A DNA stretch of 64,000 nt. Origin: a virus. Its lineage: Duplodnaviria; Caudoviricetes. Below the pieces are notes generated by a model. That model worked only from the letters and a program-made list of their open reading frames with translations. It ran no database searches and was not told the DNA's origin. A program made the position numbers and the translations under genes. The stretch lies in IMG/VR virus record IMGVR_UViG_3300028048_000124, positions 1-64,000 of that record; one strand, 5' to 3'. Positions 16,868 to 26,006 of the stretch are shown one piece after another (positions within the stretch are counted from its first letter, which is position 1; each line of letters starts with the position of its first letter).

Positions 16868-17571
16868 TGCGTTTCCTCCACTATTTGCTCATTTCCGCGG
16901 ATAACTGCGGTGTTGTCCGTGATTCCGGCGTCTGCGTTTTCCGCATTTTCTATTTCGTCCTCGGACAACGTGACTCTTCCGCGGGTGACGCTACCGAGTT
17001 GAGGAGTTGATATATTGCCTGAGTAGTTGATTTCTGCGGCGTATCCAATATCCGTAACAGGTTTTTGTTTTACGACGGTTGCGGTAACGATTTCATAAGT
17101 GAACCCAGCCGGTAATACATAGTCCAACATATCCTCCAACAAGGCGATGTCCCCAACTGAACTTGGAACGTAAATGGTAACACTCCTATCGAACACGGTA
17201 TCATCTCCATTAAGAATGTCCGTTTGAATGATAACATCGAATTTTTCGTTGATGTTTTGCGATTTAAGCAAAACCCTGACGCAGTCCTCAATGGCCTTCT
17301 TCGTGCCCTTTATCCTTAGGATTGAGGCAAACGAATTACATAGTGCCTTAAGGTCGTTAACGTCATATGGATGCTTTGACTCAAACCCGAACGTGGTTGC
17401 CACCAAGTCCAACAACCTCGGGTCTGAATCCCTTGACAACGGATTGTTCTTCAAGCAATCTATCGCGGTTTTAGAATGATTAAGGACAGCCTCAAAGATA
17501 CGACCAATGAATTGGAAGTCCCTTGATTCGTTGTAATAGTACTCCGGTACCTGTCTGTAAGTCTTAATCAT
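16864..17571 (-). CDS. baseplate wedge subunit (T4 gp7 / P2 gpI-like)
   Basis: LLDLVATTFGF, ILRIKGTKKAIE and YVLPAG motifs. Follows the gp6-like gene. Confidence 0.7.
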   Translation of the reverse strand: MIKTYRQVPEYYYNESRDFQFIGRIFEAVLNHSKTAIDCLKNNPLSRDSDPRLLDLVATTFGFESKHPYDVNDLKALCNSFASILRIKGTKKAIEDCVRVLLKSQNINEKFDVIIQTDILNGDDTVFDRSVTIYVPSSVGDIALLEDMLDYVLPAGFTYEIVTATVVKQKPVTDIGYAAEINYSGNISTPQLGSVTRGRVTLSEDEIENAENADAGITDNTAVIRGNEQIVEETQ

Positions 17572-17573
17572 AA

Positions 17574-20500
17574 TTATAACTTGGATGTCCTCACTATTTC
17601 GATACTTGAATTCGAGAAGTCTATTTGGCAAAGAGTGAACTTGTTAGCCAGATTGTTCGAATCGAACATCGACAACGGGTCCGACAAGTCACTGCTCTCT
17701 ATTGCCGAGTAAGCGTCGATGTCGTTGTTATAGTAGAATAGGTCAACGCCGTCGCATGTCCCCGATTCCCTCAATAAATTTAGCAGACCGTCGCTGGCCT
17801 CAATCCTCGCATCGGTTAGGATTTCGCCGTTCAACGCCTTATTATAACCGCTGGTTACCTTAATCTTGCTGATTTGCAAATAGTCGTTTGAATTCTCATC
17901 GACCTTAATCTTAAGTCCGATTGTTCCGGATGCGCCGTAAATCTGAATGACGTTGATTCCAGCGTGCAAGTCATATGAGGAGCCAGTCCAAGACGATGGG
18001 TCATTATATGCCTTTGCGTACATTCCCGAAGGAAGTGTCAAGGAGACGGTCGCAGTTGAGCCGACCGGTTTTTCCCAGAAAAACATTATCAACTCCGTAT
18101 TTGACGCAGGTGACGAACTTGTGTATTCGACCGGTGTCTTCAAGTCGATGACTGCGTAATCACCTGAGGTTTTCTTGAGGTTTCTGCAACCTAATTGTAA
18201 GTATCCAGATAACTCCCTTTCCAACGTGACGGTTCTTTCCCCTCCGGAAACTATTTCCACATAACTTGGTGCCTCATAATTGAATGAGTATGCGCATACG
18301 TCGTATCCGACCTTTCCGTCCAAGTAGGTGACTGATGTATCGATATCCTTTTCTCCGCCGCATTGAATCAACGTGTTGAACACGAATTCAGTCTGTGTCA
18401 ACTTTACGTCTTTGGTGACTACCGAGATGATGTTTCCCGCCGAATCCGTGGTATAACTGTCAAGTAAACTGAGCGTCAACGATTGCTCGCAGGCATCGGT
18501 CGTCTTCAATTTCTGCCTTAATTCGGGACCTGCGTTGATGTCCAACCTCGAACGCAATTTCCAGTTGGTTGAACTATATGAAGGCAAAGTCTCGGTCTCT
18601 CCGCCGACCGTGTATTCGATTTCGTATCCGTCAGGCAAGTCCCTCCAGTCATTGGTGATGTATCCAGTAAACGTCGCCGGGCTTGAACCTGCGACGAATC
18701 TGATGGAGTCGCCCTCGACCAAAGTCAAAATCGTCATTTCCTCAATGGTCAGGTTCTTCTCACCTGCTGTAGTCGGAGTGTCGGTGAAGTTCTTGTATTT
18801 CCAGTTGAATTGCGAGAATGCGGCGAGTCCGTTTTGGCTGATGTCCTCGATTTCGATTTTCTCGTCGGATGCAATCTTCCATGTGGATAGGTCCTCTTCT
18901 TCGACGCAGTTCAACGTCAATCTCGTTCCACTTCCTAAAACCTCCAACTCGGTCAATGCCGTATTGGAGTAGATGAAGTATTCGTTCTCCCCCAAAACGA
19001 TTTGGTATCCCAAGAAGTTATCGTCTTCATCGTAAATCTTGTCGTTGTCCGTGAACAACGCGTTGTCTTGGTTGTTAGTAATCCAGTAGCAAGGAAGAGA
19101 CGATGACGTCAAAGTCGACTTGACCCTCTTTCTCTTTTGGATTTCCTCGCTGGTTCCGAGCGAATAGAATCCGAGTGTGACTCCCTCGACCTTAATCCAC
19201 TTTGTCGTGCTTCTTCTGTTGGTGGTGCTGTATTCCGCCCAAGGCTTCAAATCCAAACCGCTTGGCTTGAAGATGTTTTCGGCACCATCCGTCAATATGT
19301 ATTCCTGGCCGACCAACGTCGCGACGTGAACCGATTTGCTATCCTCGATGATTACCTCGTCGGAAACGCTGTAGGTCTTGATTCCGGTTGCCGTGTATAT
19401 TGTAAGGATGTCTTTGTCGTTGCTGTCCGTTCTGTCGATGTAAAGAACGTCTGTTCCGGCCAACTTGTGTTCTGTCTCATCTGCGATGTCGTTGCCATCC
19501 CACCTGTAGTTGACGTAGGCGGGGAAAATGACTTCTGTGACCAAACTCGGGGCGATTGCCTGGAAGACCTCGTTTTCGCCCAATTTGTATCCCGTCTTCA
19601 AAGAGGACACTGCCATCTTTGCCTCGGGCGTCATCTTAACGATTTTATCGTGCAGGAACTGTCCACTCGATTCCCCAACAGGGGTGAACAACGTTGGGGT
19701 TTGACCGAATTCGAAATTGAATCTCGTGTCATAATCAAATAATGACATTCTTCCGGCCAGGATGTTCTTTGCGGCCAATTTAGTATATGCACTGATATCG
19801 AAACTGCCTCCGCTTGACAAATTGTACAAAGGCCTCTCATTGCCGTCGTATGTCATGACTACTGTGTGTTGCTCGGGCTCGGGCATCGAAACGTTTTTGA
19901 TTCTCGCGTCGGCACCCAAAATTGCCTCGTAGATGAGGTCGTAGTCAATCTCGTAGCCATAGTCGACATTCCTTGCGTTGAATGCCTCGTACAAGGCCTT
20001 ATTGACGTTTTCGAGGATTGACTTCTGCTCGTATGCGTTCACTTTGTAGGAAGTGGTCAATTGCGCATTCAGCGTGTAATAGTTTTTGTAGAGGTAAACG
20101 TCGTCACTCTTCAATGACGTAGTATCATTCTTATATGTGTGTGAGATTGTCTTCTTGCTCTCGATTCCGGCCTCGATGTCTGATAAATCCTTCAAAGGCT
20201 TGAATGATTTATTGTATGTGTCGATTGTGTATGACGTCGTGATTGGATTCAAAGGATACAAGCACAAATCGAACGGGGTGATTGTAGTATTCTGTGTATT
20301 CGAAACCTTGGTTACGCCTTGGTTTGTAAAGGTAACCACGTTATTAGAATAGTTGATATCCGTCCTTCTGTCCGCCACCTGAACGTTAGATACGACGTCG
20401 TGCCCTTCGTCTGAAACAAGATTGTAGATTGCGTTTGCATAGTCTCTGCATGTGACCAAAGTATCGAATGTGCCGACTACCTTCTTGAAGGAATTATATG

Positions 20501-21482
20501 CCTCGTCGATGCTTTCAGGATTGCTTCCGTTCGATGTAGCGGAGAGGTTCGAGATAACCAAAACGGTTCCTTCGACAGTTTCTCCACCTTCAGTCGTATC
20601 CGGGTAAACCTGCACTGACGAATCACCTTCCAAGTATAGATTACCCGGTGATGAAAGCGTCGTCAGGAAACCGGACCTGATGTTTCCGCTCACGCCGAGT
20701 GTCCTGAAATACCTGATTGACAATCCGCTCTCAATAAGATTGGCGATGTCGTCGGGGAATTCCACGTAAGGAAGCCCACGACTGGAATCGTATCCGAATT
20801 TATATACGTAACTTCCCGGCTCCACTGTATTCAGGTTAGTCACCGCTTCCCAATGTTCGTCTCCCGAATCGGCACCTTCGTTTAAAATGAACACGCCGTT
20901 TTCGGCGACCATCTTCTCGGGGAAGTATATCCTGTTGTTGTCATCCAAATTCTCTAGATGGATTACATTGCTCCCGCCGACGCTCAAAGAAACGCACGTT
21001 CCCTCCATGGCCAAGGCTGAGACCGATTTATACCTTTCGGTCAATCTGCAGTCCTTTACCAATGTATACTTGATTGAGTTGTCGACGTCCACCACGACGG
21101 TGTCGAATGCCTTCAACGCGATGGCATCCGAAGTGCCTTTTAACTTCGAACCGGTGTACATGAATGACACGTTGGTCGTCGCGGACCTATAATACTTCGG
21201 ACTATACCCGCTTGCCTCACAGAGATTCCTCATGGATGACTCCTGGGTCGCGGAAGGCATGAAGCACTCCAAGGTGTTCTTGTCGCTGTTGTAGTTCAAC
21301 TTGTCTCCCATGAAGCCAAGCAATTTCAACAACACCACGCCGGGGTCGCTTTCGTTGGACGATTGCGGGTCCCATCTCGCAGACAACTTCTTGGCCAACG
21401 ACAAAATCTCAGGATACAGCGACTGGAAATCCTTATTGATGTAACTCTTGTTGCTGATGTTCAATTCTTCTGTGTTAATCAT
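17574..21482 (-). CDS. baseplate wedge subunit (T4 gp6 / baseplate J-like), 1302 aa
   Basis: KDFQSL, ESDPGVVLL, FGYD, GVSGNI, GSNPESI, LVTCRDY motifs. Confidence 0.85.
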   Translation of the reverse strand: MINTEELNISNKSYINKDFQSLYPEILSLAKKLSARWDPQSSNESDPGVVLLKLLGFMGDKLNYNSDKNTLECFMPSATQESSMRNLCEASGYSPKYYRSATTNVSFMYTGSKLKGTSDAIALKAFDTVVVDVDNSIKYTLVKDCRLTERYKSVSALAMEGTCVSLSVGGSNVIHLENLDDNNRIYFPEKMVAENGVFILNEGADSGDEHWEAVTNLNTVEPGSYVYKFGYDSSRGLPYVEFPDDIANLIESGLSIRYFRTLGVSGNIRSGFLTTLSSPGNLYLEGDSSVQVYPDTTEGGETVEGTVLVISNLSATSNGSNPESIDEAYNSFKKVVGTFDTLVTCRDYANAIYNLVSDEGHDVVSNVQVADRRTDINYSNNVVTFTNQGVTKVSNTQNTTITPFDLCLYPLNPITTSYTIDTYNKSFKPLKDLSDIEAGIESKKTISHTYKNDTTSLKSDDVYLYKNYYTLNAQLTTSYKVNAYEQKSILENVNKALYEAFNARNVDYGYEIDYDLIYEAILGADARIKNVSMPEPEQHTVVMTYDGNERPLYNLSSGGSFDISAYTKLAAKNILAGRMSLFDYDTRFNFEFGQTPTLFTPVGESSGQFLHDKIVKMTPEAKMAVSSLKTGYKLGENEVFQAIAPSLVTEVIFPAYVNYRWDGNDIADETEHKLAGTDVLYIDRTDSNDKDILTIYTATGIKTYSVSDEVIIEDSKSVHVATLVGQEYILTDGAENIFKPSGLDLKPWAEYSTTNRRSTTKWIKVEGVTLGFYSLGTSEEIQKRKRVKSTLTSSSLPCYWITNNQDNALFTDNDKIYDEDDNFLGYQIVLGENEYFIYSNTALTELEVLGSGTRLTLNCVEEEDLSTWKIASDEKIEIEDISQNGLAAFSQFNWKYKNFTDTPTTAGEKNLTIEEMTILTLVEGDSIRFVAGSSPATFTGYITNDWRDLPDGYEIEYTVGGETETLPSYSSTNWKLRSRLDINAGPELRQKLKTTDACEQSLTLSLLDSYTTDSAGNIISVVTKDVKLTQTEFVFNTLIQCGGEKDIDTSVTYLDGKVGYDVCAYSFNYEAPSYVEIVSGGERTVTLERELSGYLQLGCRNLKKTSGDYAVIDLKTPVEYTSSSPASNTELIMFFWEKPVGSTATVSLTLPSGMYAKAYNDPSSWTGSSYDLHAGINVIQIYGASGTIGLKIKVDENSNDYLQISKIKVTSGYNKALNGEILTDARIEASDGLLNLLRESGTCDGVDLFYYNNDIDAYSAIESSDLSDPLSMFDSNNLANKFTLCQIDFSNSSIEIVRTSKL

Positions 21483-21484
21483 GT

Positions 21485-21874
21485 TTAGTTATCTTCCTCT
21501 CCCGTGAATAGCGTGATGTTAAACATATTGGTCGTGAAGTCTAGCCTGTTCGTTACCCTGATGTTCGCGGATATCGTCGCCAACCTTCCGTTTCTGTTCG
21601 TAACTAACTGTATGTCCGACCTCTTTACAATCAACTGCGGCATGAACACCGTAATCTTCGTGTATATCTCATCGATTATGATGTCCCTCAAAAGGTGGTC
21701 GTTTTGCTCGTAGATGTATTTCTTTACAGAAGTCCCGAATGCCGGGTCTCCCTTGAAATCCCCGGACTCGGAACCAAGCAACGCACAAAGGTTCTGCATC
21801 GTCGCAGAATCGTCGTAAACGACGTTTGTGGAACTTGATTTGAACATCTTCGGGAATTCTATTGACGTTAGCAT
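21485..21874 (-). CDS. baseplate wedge/sheath initiator (gp25/GPW-like)
   Basis: QNLCALLGSESG..GDPAFGT..YIYE pattern. Confidence 0.8.
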   Translation of the reverse strand: MLTSIEFPKMFKSSSTNVVYDDSATMQNLCALLGSESGDFKGDPAFGTSVKKYIYEQNDHLLRDIIIDEIYTKITVFMPQLIVKRSDIQLVTNRNGRLATISANIRVTNRLDFTTNMFNITLFTGEEDN

Positions 21875-21890
21875 TTAGGTCTCCTTACAC

Positions 21891-21905
21891 TCATTTAATT
21901 TAGCA
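21891..21905 (-). promoter_or_regulatory. candidate late promoter
   Basis: Exact TGCTAAATTAAATGA before the gp25-like gene. Confidence 0.75.
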
Positions 21906-21906
21906 C

Positions 21907-22341
21907 TCAATGTTCGCCGAGTCTCGCTTTCAGTTTGTCTATTTCCTCCTCAAGGTATTCTATTTTCCTCAAGGCTTTTAGGAGGTCATCGGCGGTTACC
22001 TCCCCTATCAACGTGTTCTGTGGAAGCACCGCCTTATTCGTTACCTCCATATCCACGTTATGCTGATATGCCGCCGGCTCGTCTTCAAGGCCCCTGACAT
22101 ACAGTTTTCCGATTATCACCGGCAACGACCTCCTGTTGTTCTCAAACGCGACGAACACGCAGTCGTTTTCCTTATACCCCTCAAACGTCCCAGGATTGTA
22201 ACATACGGCACATTCGTATGTGGACGAGAATATCGAATCCGTCCCGCAATCGATGCCGGGTGACTCGAAGAACGGAATCCTTACCAGGTATTTATTGTCG
22301 TAAGTACTTGACTTACCTATTACGTATCCTTTAACTACCAT
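21907..22341 (-). CDS. baseplate central spike (gp5/gpV-like OB fold)
   Basis: YLVRIP, VFVAFENN, PVIIG motifs with a C-terminal coiled coil. Position in the operon fits. Confidence 0.6.
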   Translation of the reverse strand: MVVKGYVIGKSSTYDNKYLVRIPFFESPGIDCGTDSIFSSTYECAVCYNPGTFEGYKENDCVFVAFENNRRSLPVIIGKLYVRGLEDEPAAYQHNVDMEVTNKAVLPQNTLIGEVTADDLLKALRKIEYLEEEIDKLKARLGEH

Positions 22342-22346
22342 ACATT

Positions 22347-22376
22347 ATTATACAGGATTTTTCTAGTTAATGTAAA
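22347..22376 (-). promoter_or_regulatory. promoter ending 5 nt before the spike ATG (possible leaderless mRNA)
   Basis: TTTACA-18-TATAAT. The string AAAATCCTGTATAAT also occurs at 13841-13855. Confidence 0.45.
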
Positions 22377-23643
22377 CAGAACCAGAACTATTGTCCTCTC
22401 CTATTCTCGTTAGCGTCAACGTCGTCCTATATCCGGATGAGTCTATTTGGTCCTTTTGGGACGTGATTATGTACAACCCGGAACTGATGTGCTTCCTTCC
22501 GTAGTAATACACGTTGAGCCTTACGTTCGTCATCAGGATTGCCGGCCTCAACAACCCCTTCAATGTTATTTCCGCGCTAATTGGGTATTTTGTGGCCTTT
22601 TTCCACCAGGTTTCGTCGTCCGCGAACGTTTCCCTGTACGGATTCCCGGATGTGGCTACCGGTGCGAATACGTTTTCCAGTTCCCCATTGTCGTTTATCC
22701 TCTGGACATACTCAGCGTCGTTTATGCTGTTTTGGTATTTGTAGAACAACGAATACGTCTCGTTGTTGTTTACGGAGAACGATGTGACGATGTTCTGAGA
22801 CGGATAGCCGATGTCAATCTGATATGTCTGGAAGTCGTCACCGTTTTCAATGGAAACAACCTTAAAATACGTGCCACCGTAATCGCCAGTTACGTCATCG
22901 ACGACCTGCAACACATATGCCGCACCTGTCCCATCGTCGATGCATGAAACGAGATATGATAGATACTCGAATGCCGAGGAGTCGCCCAAATCCTTCAAAA
23001 CGACGGATTGCTCCTGTCCGTTGATTACCATGCACTTGAAGAACGTGTTCTTATCCGACATCCCCGGGAACACTTCGAGCAAACCGGCGGCAGGGGTCTC
23101 ATATAGCAACTGATATATGACATCTGTTGGTTTTGCCCTGCCGGGATGGATTGGGGGAAGTTTGGTCGATGTCGACAGGAAACTAGAACTTACCGCGGAA
23201 ACGGTGTATGTGATTATCGAATTCATCGCGGAAAACTGGGTTTGGATGGCTGTGATTATCGCTTCCTCGTCCCTGAAAATATAGGAAGGGACAGACATAT
23301 CGCCATAACTGAATTTTATATGACGTGTCTCGCTCACCGAACCGAATATCTTCTCAAAGAAATTCGGGTCATCGCCTGCGTGAATCGGGTAATTCAATAC
23401 CAAGGTGTATTGGTTTACCTTGCCGTTTACCTTCACGATGCTCAACGACGTTATGAAGTTGGGATACTTCACGCCAACGTATTTGTACTTCCTTCCATCT
23501 GAACTTATCTCTTCGGGGCTGGATTGCTGGAATACGCCGAAAACATAGTCACCGATAGTGACTTGAACAAATGGAACCTCAACCCTGCTCGCACTTGACA
23601 GCAGGTCGAGATTCCCGCCTCTCCAAAGTTCAGAATCCGCCAT
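22363..23643 (-). CDS. baseplate hub (gp27 / late control D-like)
   Basis: ITLKGLL, SGLYIITSQKDQI..SGYRTTLTLTR C-terminus typical of hub proteins. Confidence 0.7.
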   Translation of the reverse strand: MADSELWRGGNLDLLSSASRVEVPFVQVTIGDYVFGVFQQSSPEEISSDGRKYKYVGVKYPNFITSLSIVKVNGKVNQYTLVLNYPIHAGDDPNFFEKIFGSVSETRHIKFSYGDMSVPSYIFRDEEAIITAIQTQFSAMNSIITYTVSAVSSSFLSTSTKLPPIHPGRAKPTDVIYQLLYETPAAGLLEVFPGMSDKNTFFKCMVINGQEQSVVLKDLGDSSAFEYLSYLVSCIDDGTGAAYVLQVVDDVTGDYGGTYFKVVSIENGDDFQTYQIDIGYPSQNIVTSFSVNNNETYSLFYKYQNSINDAEYVQRINDNGELENVFAPVATSGNPYRETFADDETWWKKATKYPISAEITLKGLLRPAILMTNVRLNVYYYGRKHISSGLYIITSQKDQIDSSGYRTTLTLTRIGEDNSSGSVYIN

Positions 23644-23657
23644 GTGTAATCTCCTAA

Positions 23658-23987
23658 TTAATTAAACTTAAACGCGACCTGTCCAAGACTTGGAATCCTG
23701 ATGGTCGTCCTGTTTGGTTTCAACAGCGGTTCAAGTGGGTCCTGAATCCTGTTGAAATCCGCTATAATCCAGAAATAGTCCGGTCTCCCGTAATAACGCA
23801 AGGCCAACGAATCGAGCGTGTCTCCCATGATTAAGTGGTGGTCGACATATTCGACTCCGTTCACCGCCAATTGCCTTTCGAGGCCATATATGAACTTATC
23901 GTCCTCAGTGTGATAATAATATGGGATGACGGCGTATCTCGACAATGCGTCGTAAGACCTCATCGTTTTGTCTTTTAACTTATCCAT
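23658..23987 (-). CDS. LysM-domain baseplate protein (gp53 / P2 gpX-like)
   Basis: GDTLDSLALRYYGRPDYFWIIADFN, IRIP. Confidence 0.85.
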   Translation of the reverse strand: MDKLKDKTMRSYDALSRYAVIPYYYHTEDDKFIYGLERQLAVNGVEYVDHHLIMGDTLDSLALRYYGRPDYFWIIADFNRIQDPLEPLLKPNRTTIRIPSLGQVAFKFN

Positions 23988-23998
23988 GACTGAACCTC

Positions 23999-24631
23999 CT
24001 ACCTGGCGTCCTTTCCGTCGCGTGTGTTCTTGAGGATGTTGTTCGTAGACACCAATCCCCTGAACGAACCCTTAAGCCCGATTGTGGGTGCGTCATACGG
24101 GTCAACCTCGGTGACGGTGAAACTTATCGACACCTGGGCGTATTTCGATTCATGGCCGTTGACCATGATGATTGGTTTCTTATATGTCACGCCGATGGGA
24201 CCGTTGACGATTCCCTTGATGAATATCTCGTCCCCGAACCTTACCGCAATCATCGGTGGCTCGACCGTCTTGGACGAATCGGCCATGTATCTCGGAACTG
24301 AAATCGATTGCAGTTTCTTAATCAGGACATCTACATAATCGTCGCCTAGGTTTCCGCCTTTGACAGCGGTTCCGGTCGCGTCGTTTATCTTCAGATTCGA
24401 ATAACCGATGTTGACATCGTCCATCATGTCCCTGTGCAAATCGAGCGTGACCTGGACGGTTCTCGGACCTGAGTTGCTGTATGAGAACACGGGGGCACTT
24501 CTGCTCAACGCGTTCGCTTGCGCGAATGAGGAGGACATCGAATCCGTTATCGACTCTGGGTACGAAGGGAGGATTACGAATTCGTCCGTGTGGTAGAGAT
24601 AAATATAGTTTTTGATGAAATCAAATGCCAT
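23999..24631 (-). CDS. tail tube initiator / baseplate tube cap (gp48/gp54-like)
   Basis: PESITDS, SRSAPVFSYSNSGPRTVQVTL, PPMIAVRFG. Confidence 0.7.
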   Translation of the reverse strand: MAFDFIKNYIYLYHTDEFVILPSYPESITDSMSSSFAQANALSRSAPVFSYSNSGPRTVQVTLDLHRDMMDDVNIGYSNLKINDATGTAVKGGNLGDDYVDVLIKKLQSISVPRYMADSSKTVEPPMIAVRFGDEIFIKGIVNGPIGVTYKKPIIMVNGHESKYAQVSISFTVTEVDPYDAPTIGLKGSFRGLVSTNNILKNTRDGKDAR

Positions 24632-24633
24632 AG

Positions 24634-25992
24634 TTATGCCTCCTTATAGTCGCCGATAATCTTCTCGGCATCTTTGTCGACGTAGCCAATCTGGTCGTAT
24701 CTGCTTCCGCTTCTCGAATTAATCATGGAACTTCCGTTCCTGACAATCTCATAGCAGATGTTCCTCAGTTTCGTATCCCACACACCTGAATGGCCGCTTG
24801 GGTATCTCATCCCGAGTTTTCCTTCCAAATATCTTTGAAGCAACCTCTTCTGAATCCTGACCACGTCATCCCTGATTTCGTCGTCGTCCTTGATTACGTT
24901 TCCGAATATGTATTCTATTAGCCTATCGGCAAACGGATGGCTGACATACGTATTGTAGGATAACAACTGGGGCATCGAATAGTATGTCTTCTCGAACTTC
25001 GCCCCGTCTGGCGTTTCGTAATTGTTAAGTTCCAACGTGGGGACCCTGAATGACAATCCCTTGTCGTTCAAGCACATCCGCCCGTCCACCTTGTGTTCGA
25101 CGTCCGGGAAATTCAATTCGCCGAATTCGGAGAAGTCACCCTCCAACACGGTTATCGAAGACCTCAATGTGGTGGGGACCTTAATGAACAACTTAAGTAC
25201 GTGTTCGTGCTGATATAGCGTTTTGGTCAAACTTCCGGAGAACGAGAAATCCTTCAACTTACTGTAAAGAACCGGTCTCGACATCCTCGTGTTCGACTCC
25301 CTAATATACGTTTTAGTGTAGACGTTTTCCTCTTCTTTTCCAGGAAGTGAGACTATCTTTCCGTTATCGTAGAACCCCGCCACAATCTCAACCGTTCCGC
25401 TGCAGTCGATTCCTATCGTGTAATCCTCGAAGAATCTGACCGGGACGGCATAGATGACGGATTCGCTTGAGTTTATCATCTCGATGTCTTTTGTTGTGAT
25501 TTCTTGTGTTGTGCTGTCTTTTGTGCTGACCTTGAATTTCAACGCCATGGACTTGACCATCTCGTCGCAGTAGCAATTGTACATGGACATCAAATCTATT
25601 CCGACGTAATCCTTGTAGAACCTCAGATATTCACCAAGGTATTTATGTGTATATGAATCGTAGTATAGGCCGTTTATGATTAAATTTTTGGTGATGTTCA
25701 AGAGGTCTTCGCCGTATTTGTAGGAACATACGAACTCGAATGCCCTCTTCTCAACCGTCTTGATGACGCCGTCGACTTCCTCCTGCACCGTATACGTCGT
25801 GTCAATGTCATCCAATACCGTGCCGTCGGTGACAATGTTTGAAACCCTGTATATTCCGCTTCCGTAAACGTAAAGGCATCCCGAAAACACGGGAAGTTCT
25901 GGTCTCCACACCCTGCATTTGGGGAGATTGAATTCCTTGAGGAACTGTTTTATCTCACCGGTTATGATGTTATTGTTATTGAAATTCAACAT
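24634..25992 (-). CDS. hypothetical tail structural protein
   Basis: 452 aa, between tape measure and tube initiator. Confidence 0.55.
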   Translation of the reverse strand: MLNFNNNNIITGEIKQFLKEFNLPKCRVWRPELPVFSGCLYVYGSGIYRVSNIVTDGTVLDDIDTTYTVQEEVDGVIKTVEKRAFEFVCSYKYGEDLLNITKNLIINGLYYDSYTHKYLGEYLRFYKDYVGIDLMSMYNCYCDEMVKSMALKFKVSTKDSTTQEITTKDIEMINSSESVIYAVPVRFFEDYTIGIDCSGTVEIVAGFYDNGKIVSLPGKEEENVYTKTYIRESNTRMSRPVLYSKLKDFSFSGSLTKTLYQHEHVLKLFIKVPTTLRSSITVLEGDFSEFGELNFPDVEHKVDGRMCLNDKGLSFRVPTLELNNYETPDGAKFEKTYYSMPQLLSYNTYVSHPFADRLIEYIFGNVIKDDDEIRDDVVRIQKRLLQRYLEGKLGMRYPSGHSGVWDTKLRNICYEIVRNGSSMINSRSGSRYDQIGYVDKDAEKIIGDYKEA

Positions 25993-26006
25993 TTACGGTT
26001 CCCTCC

